Source of the DNA: Gemmatimonadales bacterium
GTDB lineage: Bacteria > Gemmatimonadota > Gemmatimonadetes > Gemmatimonadales > GWC2-71-9
Reading direction: 5' to 3'
Assembly: GCA_041577295.1 (NCBI GenBank)
Contig: JBFGJG010000030.1
Coordinates: 1-56,015 of the forward strand
DNA: 56,015 nt
The position numbers and the translations under genes are program-made. Numbering within the stretch: the first letter of the stretch is position 1; the number at the start of each line of letters is the position of its first letter. Below the pieces are notes generated by a model. The model was not told the origin of the DNA, made no database searches, and worked only from the letters and a program-made list of their open reading frames with translations. Positions 48,593-56,015 of this stretch are shown piece by piece.

Positions 48593-49710
48593 GCTGGCTG
48601 CTCTTACTCGCAGCCGCCCAGGCCACGCAGTGGCCTACCGCTGCCTGGCCCACATCGTCCTTGGAGGCGCGGGATCTTCACCCGGAGCCGCTCGCCGCGC
48701 TTCACGCTGACATCGAGGCTGGCGCGTATGGATATGTGGACCGGCTCGTCGTCATCCACGAAGGCTATCGCGTAATCAACGCTCGATATCGCCACGACTA
48801 CGCCCGCATCAGCCGAGGGTGGGACAGCATGCCGCATCAGTACAATTACTATCATCCGGATTGGCATCCGTACGTGCGCGGTCGGGACGTGCATACTCTC
48901 CAGTCTGTCACGAAGTCGATCACGTCCACGTTGATCGGCATTGCGATCGGGCGGGGTGAGATCCCGGGAGTGGAAGCGAGCTTGGTTTCGTATCTTGCGG
49001 GGTATGACCTGACGCGGACAGACCCGCGGCTGGCTCAGGTGACGCTCGACGATCTCCTGGCCATGCGGTCTGGAATCGAATGGCACGAGACCGACCGTCC
49101 CTTCAATGAGACGAACACCACGCTCCAGCTCGAGGCGAGTGTAGACTGGGTGCAATTTGTCCTCGATCAACCGATGGACGCCGACCCCGGCACCAAGTGG
49201 GTGTACAACAGCGGGGGGAGCCACCTGATGTCGGCGGTCGTGCGTGAGGCCACGGGTATGACGGTCGACGCGTACGCGGAGCGGTTTCTGTTCGGACCGC
49301 TGGGGATTCGCGAGTACCATTGGAAGCGAACGCCCACCGGTTTACCCGACACCGAAGGGGGTCTCTACCTCGAGGCGGACGATTTGGCAAAAATTGGATA
49401 TCTGTATCTCCACGACGGCGTGTGGAACGGGCAGCGAATACTTCCGACCGGCTGGGTCGCCGCGAGCACCGCGAGACGAGTCGAGCGGGTGAACCAGGCC
49501 GATTGGGGCTACGGCTACCAGTGGTGGCGACTGGACCGGGGCGGAACCCCCGTTTGGGCAGGGCTGGGCTTTGGTGGACAGTATCTCCTCGTGCTTCCTG
49601 AGTATGCGGCCGTTGGCGTGATCAACAGCTGGAACGTCTTTGGCGGGAGCCCGCCGCCTCTGTTGCCGGCGTTCCTCGACGCACTCCTCGCCACCGTAGG
49701 TCACCAATGA
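48589..49710 (+). CDS. Serine hydrolase, beta-lactamase/AmpC-like family
   Basis: SVTK (SxxK), YN, LFGPLGI, DLAKIG.L and G.GGQ motifs; signal peptide. Confidence 0.92.
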   Translation: MSWLLLLAAAQATQWPTAAWPTSSLEARDLHPEPLAALHADIEAGAYGYVDRLVVIHEGYRVINARYRHDYARISRGWDSMPHQYNYYHPDWHPYVRGRDVHTLQSVTKSITSTLIGIAIGRGEIPGVEASLVSYLAGYDLTRTDPRLAQVTLDDLLAMRSGIEWHETDRPFNETNTTLQLEASVDWVQFVLDQPMDADPGTKWVYNSGGSHLMSAVVREATGMTVDAYAERFLFGPLGIREYHWKRTPTGLPDTEGGLYLEADDLAKIGYLYLHDGVWNGQRILPTGWVAASTARRVERVNQADWGYGYQWWRLDRGGTPVWAGLGFGGQYLLVLPEYAAVGVINSWNVFGGSPPPLLPAFLDALLATVGHQ

Positions 49711-50570
49711 ATTGGATGGCCGCCTGGAATCCGGTGCACCGTTATCTCAGCGCGCGCTCTCCAATGATGATCGTCATCGTGAGCGCTGCGGCAATCGGCG
49801 TGCTCGGCGTGGTGAACGCTCAACTCAGCTCCGAAGTGAGCTTCTCGCTGTTCTACCTGATCCCGATCGCCGTGGTCGCATGGTACGCCGGTGGGGTTGC
49901 CGGTGTGATTGCCTCCGTTGTGGCGGCGCTGGTGTGGTTTATTGCGAGCCACTTGCCCCGCTCGTACCCTGCTACCGCATGGATCCCCTACTGGAACCTC
50001 GGGGTGCGGTTCTGCTTCTTTTTGACGGTTGTGGTGTTACTCTCGGCACTACGCACCGCATTTGAACGCGAGCGGGGGCTGGCTCGAATCGACGGGCTTA
50101 CCAAGCTGTTCACCTCACGAGCGTTCTTCGAAGCCGCCGCGGCGGAATTCTCACGCGCCAGACGGTATCTCCATCCGTTTACTATCGCGTACCTCGACGT
50201 CGACAACTTCAAGCTGGTGAATGACCAGTTTGGCCACGCCGAAGGCGATCGAGTGCTCGCCACCGTGGGCGATACTCTACGCCGTCACCTTCGGTCGGTC
50301 GACGTGGCGGCGCGGTTGGGTGGCGACGAGTTCGCCCTGTTACTTCCCGAAACGGACGCCGTTCAGGCCGATGCGGCCATCGCAAAACTCCGGGCGTCGC
50401 TCTTGCAGGCGATGGAAGCAAACGACTGGAAGGTCACGTTTAGCATCGGCGCGGTGGCATGTGACACGCCCCCCGACACCGTGGAAGAGGTGGTCAAGCG
50501 GGCGGACGCTGTGATGTATGAGGTAAAGCGCCGGCAGAAGGACGATTTTGCCCTCACCGTGTTCCCGTGA
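49707..50570 (+). CDS. Membrane-bound diguanylate cyclase (GGDEF)
   Basis: N-terminal TM helices, DGLT, DVDNFKLVND.FGH..GD, RSVD I-site and GGDEF. Confidence 0.95.
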   Translation: MNWMAAWNPVHRYLSARSPMMIVIVSAAAIGVLGVVNAQLSSEVSFSLFYLIPIAVVAWYAGGVAGVIASVVAALVWFIASHLPRSYPATAWIPYWNLGVRFCFFLTVVVLLSALRTAFERERGLARIDGLTKLFTSRAFFEAAAAEFSRARRYLHPFTIAYLDVDNFKLVNDQFGHAEGDRVLATVGDTLRRHLRSVDVAARLGGDEFALLLPETDAVQADAAIAKLRASLLQAMEANDWKVTFSIGAVACDTPPDTVEEVVKRADAVMYEVKRRQKDDFALTVFP

Positions 50571-50610
50571 TCCCTCCGGTTCCACCCGTTTTCTCCCACG
50601 GTCCCAGGCA

Positions 50611-52209
50611 GTGAACAGTCCAGTGCGACGAACGACGTGGAAGGTAGGTCTGTTTGGAGCATGGCTTGCCCTCCTCACCGCGCTCGTGCTTCCCACCCGG
50701 TCCTTCGAGCCTCCGCCAGACATCGAGCCGCAGCCATTTCGGTGGGATCGGACAGAGCTGTTCCGCGTGCTGGCGCGCGAGTTTGAGGCAGCACGGTCTG
50801 CGCGACCAGAGACCGCGCAGGATCTGTTGTCTTCGCTCGAAGGGGAAGGCCGAGCGGTGCTCGAGCGGATTCGCGCGACCGCCACGACCGTGCCGTGGGA
50901 TGAGCTGAACCGGCTCGAAGCGATCCAGTTCCGGCTGGCGACCCTCTCGGCGGCAGAGCCGAGGTTGCTTCCAGCCGCGCAGGCGTTCCTCCGGGATGCC
51001 CGCGCGGCCGTGCTCCAGGGCGCGAGCGTTTGGCCCCAAGAGCGACCCGTGCGGGAGTCGGTGTACCGGATTGTTCAGGGGGGCCGCGCGGCCACGGAGG
51101 AGGCTGTGATCCAGGCGCTCCCGCCTCCCGCGCTCGGCGTCACGATGCTCGCGGAGGTCTCCGCCGTCACGCCTTCCCTCGAAGTGCATGGCGTGCGCGT
51201 CCACAGCGGCGACATGCTGCTCTCGAGAGGCGGCGCGCCGACCTCCGCGCTCATCGCGCGTGGGAATGACTTCCCCGGGAGTTTCTCCCACGCCGCTCTC
51301 GTGCACGTCGATGAGACGACGGGCAAGGCGACGGTCATCGAGTCACTCATCGAGCATGGCACGGTACTCTCGACACCAGAGATGTATCTCCAATCGACGA
51401 AACTCCGCGTCCTGCTCCTCCGCCTCCGTCCCGACCATCCGATCCTGGCGCAGGATCCACTCGCACCTCACCGAGCAGCGGAGATGATGCTCACGCGAGT
51501 GGGAGAACAACATGTCGGGTATGACTTCCCCATGGAATGGGAAGATCCCAACGATTTCTTCTGCTCGGAGGTGATCTATCACGCCTACCGGAGCATCGGG
51601 GTCGAGCTTTGGTCGGTGCGCTCCAGCATGTCCGCGCCGGGGCTCGTGCGTTGGCTCGGCGGAATGGGCGTGCGCCAATTCACCACGCTCGTACCGTCCG
51701 ATCTTGAGTACGATCCGCGCGTGGTGGCGGTCGCGGAATGGGTAGACGATCCGGCCTTGCGTCAGCAACGCATCGACAACGCCATCATGGATGCGCTCTT
51801 GGAGGCAGCGGATCGGGGCTACGAGTTGGGGTATCCGTGGTACGAGCTACCAGTGGCCCGCCTCGTCAAAGGATGGTCGTTGATGCAGGGCGCCTTGGGG
51901 TTTACTCCGAGCATTCCTTCCGGCATGCGTGCGTCGACAGCGCTGCGCGTCAATGCGCTAGTGCGCCGGGTGCATCCGGCGCTACGGGACGAGGTCCGGA
52001 CTCGAGCAGCCCGTTTTCGGACAGAGCGCGGTTACGACGCTCCCTATTGGTCTCTGGTGGAATTCGCCCGGGACGCGATTGAACAGCGGGCCGACGATCT
52101 CCACCCTGCGCTCCGTCTCCAAGCTGGATCCTCGCACACAGGCGCCGCCTTACCGACTGCGCCACCAGGCGTCGTGAATCTTGGCCTGAATGAGTTGCTC
52201 GGGCGATAG
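50611..52209 (+). CDS. YiiX/YebB-like permuted papain (NlpC/P60) cysteine hydrolase domain protein
   Basis: SGDMLLSRG, FSHAAL, GYDF and FFCSEV motifs (His precedes Cys); N-terminal TM anchor. Confidence 0.8.
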   Translation: MNSPVRRTTWKVGLFGAWLALLTALVLPTRSFEPPPDIEPQPFRWDRTELFRVLAREFEAARSARPETAQDLLSSLEGEGRAVLERIRATATTVPWDELNRLEAIQFRLATLSAAEPRLLPAAQAFLRDARAAVLQGASVWPQERPVRESVYRIVQGGRAATEEAVIQALPPPALGVTMLAEVSAVTPSLEVHGVRVHSGDMLLSRGGAPTSALIARGNDFPGSFSHAALVHVDETTGKATVIESLIEHGTVLSTPEMYLQSTKLRVLLLRLRPDHPILAQDPLAPHRAAEMMLTRVGEQHVGYDFPMEWEDPNDFFCSEVIYHAYRSIGVELWSVRSSMSAPGLVRWLGGMGVRQFTTLVPSDLEYDPRVVAVAEWVDDPALRQQRIDNAIMDALLEAADRGYELGYPWYELPVARLVKGWSLMQGALGFTPSIPSGMRASTALRVNALVRRVHPALRDEVRTRAARFRTERGYDAPYWSLVEFARDAIEQRADDLHPALRLQAGSSHTGAALPTAPPGVVNLGLNELLGR

Positions 52210-53457
52210 ATCCCGGAAGTGGTGCTCCGCGAGCTCCTCGATGAAATCGACGTCCACGCCATGAATCCGCATCCGGATGAGATCCTCTGGGTCGAGCTTC
52301 GCGTAGCCGGCGTCCGCCATCCTTTGAATGAACCCCGCCGTCACCCCGTGAATGCGAAACCGGCGCAGCACCGATCCGGGCACCGCATAGCCCAGCTCGC
52401 GCATTTCCCGGACGAACTCTGGGTCGGCGCCGTGGATCCGCATTTGCACCAGGTCGTCGACGGTCAGATGACCAAAGCCCTCTGCCTGCATCTCGCGGAC
52501 GTAGCCTGGGCTGACGCCGTGGATTCGCGCGCGCTTGAGGTCGTGCGAGGAAAGGTTCTGGTGACCGAGTTCTTCCATCTCCGCGACGAACTCGGGCGTC
52601 ACGCCGTGAATCCGCATCTGGACCAGGTCGGGCGCCGCCAGATCCGGGTGGCCCGCTTCAGCCATGCGGCGAGCGAAATCTGCCGTGACACCGTGGATGG
52701 AGAGCGTGACGATCTCATCCGCGCTGAGATCCCGAATCCCGACGGACGCGAGATCCTGGACGTACGCTTCGGCCACGCCGTGGATCCGGAAGCGAAGCAG
52801 TGCGTCGAGCGACGGTGCCGAAAACCCCACCCGCGCCATTTGGGTGATGTACTCCGGCGTTACACCATGGATCCGGAGTTTGATGAGTGTGTCGGGGTCG
52901 ATGTCGGCGTAGCCCCGCGCCCGCAAATTGTCGATAAAGCCCGCGGTCACGCCGAAGATCGCGAACTTCACGAGCATATGCGTCGAGAGGCTTCGGTAAC
53001 CACGAGCTTGGATTGATCGGATGTCATCCGTGGTGACGTCGTGGACAGTAAGCGTGAAATGGTCCCGCTGGCGGATATCCGAATATCCCAGATCGGCCAT
53101 GCGCACGAGGAATTGGGGGCTTCCGGTCCACCGAAAACGGCCCCAGGCTTCGTCCCCCTGCCGCTCACCCGTAAAATCGATGGTCCCGGCCTCGCGGCGG
53201 AGCTGGAACGCGACCGGTCCGTCGTCACCGCGGAAGATGGCTGTGAGCTCGGGTAGCTCGTCGACGTCGTAGGAGGATCCACTGTTCCACCGCTCGCCCT
53301 CGTGCCGCATGCGCAACGAGAGGATCAGGTGGTCGGTGCCACTGATCCGATACTCTGCCTCCCACCGGCCCTCAATTGTGGCGCCCTGCTGGGGCCACTC
53401 GAAGGCGAAGGGTACCGCCAACAGCGACGCGATCGCGAAGACGATTGAATGCTTCAT
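52150..53457 (-). CDS. Secreted protein with about ten 29-aa repeats (L..+RIHGVT..F...M...G+..L)
   Basis: Signal-like N-terminus; repeats read directly from the translation. Confidence 0.85.
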   Translation of the reverse strand: MKHSIVFAIASLLAVPFAFEWPQQGATIEGRWEAEYRISGTDHLILSLRMRHEGERWNSGSSYDVDELPELTAIFRGDDGPVAFQLRREAGTIDFTGERQGDEAWGRFRWTGSPQFLVRMADLGYSDIRQRDHFTLTVHDVTTDDIRSIQARGYRSLSTHMLVKFAIFGVTAGFIDNLRARGYADIDPDTLIKLRIHGVTPEYITQMARVGFSAPSLDALLRFRIHGVAEAYVQDLASVGIRDLSADEIVTLSIHGVTADFARRMAEAGHPDLAAPDLVQMRIHGVTPEFVAEMEELGHQNLSSHDLKRARIHGVSPGYVREMQAEGFGHLTVDDLVQMRIHGADPEFVREMRELGYAVPGSVLRRFRIHGVTAGFIQRMADAGYAKLDPEDLIRMRIHGVDVDFIEELAEHHFRDLSPEQLIQAKIHDAWWRSR

Positions 53458-53526
53458 GAGGGTCTTCTCCGGAGACGGGGCTGCACAGTTGGATACTTCA
53501 AGGCGCGAGAAGGTTGAAAGCCGCTG

Positions 53527-54510
53527 ATGGCCCGCGTCCTCGTCATTGGCGGTACCGGGTTCATTGGTCGCCCAGCCGTTCGGCAGCTCCTAGATCACGG
53601 CCATGCGGTCCTCATCGTCCACCGAGGTCGTACCGCAACGGAGGTCGCGCGCGGGGCGCACGCGGTCCAAGGAGACCGGAGCGATGTCGTCTTCCTACGT
53701 GGTGTTGTGTCTCAGTTTCGCCCGGACGTGACAGTCGATCTCATCTCCTACTGCGAGGCCCACATGCAGGCGGTCCTGTCCGCACTCGATGGCGTCACGT
53801 CCCGACTGGTGGCGCTGAGCAGTGCCGACGTGTACCGCAATTATGACGGACTCAGGAGGCGTAGCTCGGCTCCGCCCGATCCAGGCCCCCTCACGGAGGA
53901 CGCTCCGGTGCGAGATCGTTGGTATCCATACCGAGATGCCAAGATCTCCGGAGAGCCCTGGCTGGCGGACTACGAGAAGTTGGCGGTCGAGCAAGCGGTG
54001 TCGACCGCACGGGAGGTCGAGGGGACCGTGTTGCGGCTGGGGAAAGTGTTTGGCCCCCGGGACGGACAACGACACCTCGAAGGCTACCTCGATCGGGTCC
54101 TCGAGAGCGCACGAGTGATCCAACTGGAACCCGGCCAAGCTTCTTGGCGATGGACCCGGGCGTTTGTCGAGGACGTGGCACACGCCATCGTGCTGGTGGT
54201 GGGCGACCCCCGCGCTGTCGGCCGGACGTACAATGTTGGCGAGGCGAATGCGGTGCCCGAGCGAGACTGGTTCATGGCTGTGGCAGCCGCCGCGGGCGTG
54301 GTGGTGTCGGTAGAAGAAACCGACACCGATCTGGTGCCCGCCCAGTATCGCACTGGCTTCGATTGGCGGTACTCGTTAGAGACGGCCACCGACCGTGTCC
54401 GAACCGAGCTGCGGTACCATGAGATCGTCGGATGGTCGAAGGGTGTCGAGCGAATGGTCGGCGCCGCGATGACGAAACGGAGTAGGGAACCGCGCCCAAA
54501 GCAGCCGTGA
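53527..54510 (+). CDS. NAD-dependent epimerase/dehydratase family protein
   Basis: VLVIGGTGFIG, SSADVY, VFGP and VEDVAHA motifs. Confidence 0.9.
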   Translation: MARVLVIGGTGFIGRPAVRQLLDHGHAVLIVHRGRTATEVARGAHAVQGDRSDVVFLRGVVSQFRPDVTVDLISYCEAHMQAVLSALDGVTSRLVALSSADVYRNYDGLRRRSSAPPDPGPLTEDAPVRDRWYPYRDAKISGEPWLADYEKLAVEQAVSTAREVEGTVLRLGKVFGPRDGQRHLEGYLDRVLESARVIQLEPGQASWRWTRAFVEDVAHAIVLVVGDPRAVGRTYNVGEANAVPERDWFMAVAAAAGVVVSVEETDTDLVPAQYRTGFDWRYSLETATDRVRTELRYHEIVGWSKGVERMVGAAMTKRSREPRPKQP

Positions 54511-54584
54511 GCAGAAGCGAAGCCGATCGTCATCGGTTAAACTTGGAGTGTTCCCGTCAACCGCCACCTTTGCGACTCTTACCC

Positions 54585-55748
54585 ATGAAACAGCTCGAAA
54601 CCAAAGCCCTGCATGCTGGCTCCATACGCCCGCGCGTACGCGGTGCAATCGTGACGCCGGTCTTTCAGTCGAGCACGTTCGAGTACCACGGCGAAGCGTA
54701 CCACGACGTCGGGTACCTCCGTCTCAGCAACAGCCCCAATCACGTCGTCCTGGGCGAGCGTATCAGCGCACTCGAGGAGGCCGAAGCGGCCTTGGTAACT
54801 GGAAGTGGGATGGCAGCCATTTCGGGCGCGCTGCTGAGCACGCTGTCCAGTGGCGATCACATGCTGGTTCAGGATTGTCTCTACGGAGGCACCACCGGAT
54901 TGCTCAACAACGACGTGCGTCGATTCGGCATCCAGTACACAGTGTTCGATGTGCAAGATCCGGCGTCGTGGGTGACGCACCTACGACCGAATACCAAGGT
55001 CATCTACGTCGAGACGCTGACGAATCCGCTGTTGCAGTTAGCGGACCTGGAGTCCGTAGTCGCGTTCGCCCAAAAACACGGCCTCGTCTCGATCATCGAC
55101 AACACGTTTGCGAGCCCCGTGAATTACCGGCCAGCCGCCCACGGATTCGATCTCGTCGTCGAGAGCTGTACGAAGTACATGAGCGGACACAACGATCTGA
55201 TCGCCGGGTGTGTGGCGGGGTCCGCGGCGCGGGTGCGTCGAGTCAAATTGACGCTTGATCACCTTGGTGGCAGCCTCGACCCCCACGGGTGTTTCCTACT
55301 GGAGCGAGGTCTCAAAACGCTCACCCTGCGAGTCCGCCAGCAGAGCGATACAGCCGGTCGCATCGCGACGGCCCTCGCCGACCATCCCGCGGTCTTGACC
55401 GTGAACTATCCCGGACTCGATACGCATCCGCAGCATGCGCGAGCCAAGCGTCTGTTGGACGGTTTCGGAGGCATGATGTCCTTTGAGCTTCACGGCGGTG
55501 TCGAGGCGGCGGAGGCCTTGCTCGCAACGATCAATCTTCCCGCCGTCGCCGCAAGCCTAGGCGGGGCTGAGTCGCTGATCGTCCGTCCGGCGGCGGCAGT
55601 GCACTCCGGGCTGTCTCCCGAAGAGCGGGACCGGACGGGGATCTCGGACGGACTCATCCGGTTCTCCGTTGGGCTCGAAGGGGCGGATGATCTCTGGGCG
55701 GATCTCGAGTGGGCTTGTTCGGCGGTCGCGCCGGCATCGGTCCCCTGA
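54585..55748 (+). CDS. PLP-dependent trans-sulfuration enzyme (cystathionine/methionine gamma-lyase family)
   Basis: PVFQSSTF, SGMAAI, YGGT, DNTFASP, SCTKYMSGH and SLGGAESL motifs. Confidence 0.94.
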   Translation: MKQLETKALHAGSIRPRVRGAIVTPVFQSSTFEYHGEAYHDVGYLRLSNSPNHVVLGERISALEEAEAALVTGSGMAAISGALLSTLSSGDHMLVQDCLYGGTTGLLNNDVRRFGIQYTVFDVQDPASWVTHLRPNTKVIYVETLTNPLLQLADLESVVAFAQKHGLVSIIDNTFASPVNYRPAAHGFDLVVESCTKYMSGHNDLIAGCVAGSAARVRRVKLTLDHLGGSLDPHGCFLLERGLKTLTLRVRQQSDTAGRIATALADHPAVLTVNYPGLDTHPQHARAKRLLDGFGGMMSFELHGGVEAAEALLATINLPAVAASLGGAESLIVRPAAAVHSGLSPEERDRTGISDGLIRFSVGLEGADDLWADLEWACSAVAPASVP

Positions 55749-55791
55749 CCCCGCTACGATCGGTCCCCCTGGTGGCGCGCGTACTGACTCC

Positions 55792-56015
55792 ATGCGGCGA
55801 GCGGGGGTGCGAGTGAGATCCCTGGTCGTTATGGGGACCCTGACGTTGCTGGGGACGGGGTGTGCTACCGGGGATCGGCCGGCAGAGGGACCAGGCCCAT
55901 CTTGGTGTGACGGCTACCCTCGGCCTATTTATTCCACCCTCGAGCGACGGCTACAGGACCTGGAGTGGTTCGAGGTCTACGAGGTACGCCCCGGTGTTTT
56001 CGCGATCTACGAGCC
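55792..56015 (+). CDS. Probable MBL-fold metallo-hydrolase lipoprotein, 5' part (truncated by the window edge)
   Basis: MRRAGVRVRSLVVMGTLTLLGTGC...WFEVYEVRPGVFAIYE resembles the N-terminus of MBL hydrolases; catalytic motif lies outside the window. Confidence 0.55.
   Translation, partial: MRRAGVRVRSLVVMGTLTLLGTGCATGDRPAEGPGPSWCDGYPRPIYSTLERRLQDLEWFEVYEVRPGVFAIYE

Noticed and set aside
9481..54585. Longest-ORF starts for secY, glyQS, priA, speB, ggt, murQ and others
   Set aside because: The extensions overlap upstream genes; starts were moved to where family similarity or an RBS begins
1..56015. Many long antisense or alternate-frame ORFs in the track (e.g. 19216-20499 -, 25179-26120 -, 26187-27218 -, 34681-35808 -, 40905-42152 -)
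   Set aside because: They shadow well-supported genes, have Arg/Pro/Ala-rich composition without motifs, and are expected in high-GC DNA
1..56015. CRISPR array, tRNA, rRNA, integrase, transposase or prophage
   Set aside because: No repeat-spacer periodicity, cloverleaf, rRNA-like tract or recombinase motif was seen; the repeats at 52168-53121 are degenerate and protein-coding

Overview
GC-rich bacterial chromosomal segment; the gene content and protein style suggest Gemmatimonadota (inference, not verified). Bases 1-12251 hold the 3' end of tuf followed by a complete S10-spc ribosomal protein cluster with secY-adk-map, which stops before infA and the alpha operon. L4, L5 and L30 carry Lys/Thr-rich low-complexity extensions. 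The rest is housekeeping and accessory genes: formiminotransferase, inositol monophosphatase, trpS, a divergent PilT, a DapA-family lyase, purA, a stand-alone Wzc-type kinase, glyQS, priA, an arginine/ornithine/polyamine cluster containing a Fur regulator, class I aldolase, ggt/murQ/anmK, a GGDEF cyclase and several secreted hydrolases. The most notable signals are: (1) a canonical c-di-GMP-I riboswitch on the minus strand (~20790-20873) followed by a terminator, a structured ~55-nt hairpin and a second terminator, with no ORF downstream; (2) an HExxH M3-like peptidase gene split by one in-frame TGA; (3) a small ubiquitin-fold protein inside a zincin/HDAC/methyltransferase gene run; (4) a promoter-proximal terminator ahead of purA; (5) a secreted 29-aa repeat protein; (6) a decayed response-regulator remnant. 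No CRISPR array, rRNA, tRNA, integrase or transposase was seen. All calls were made by eye from motifs; no database search was run.
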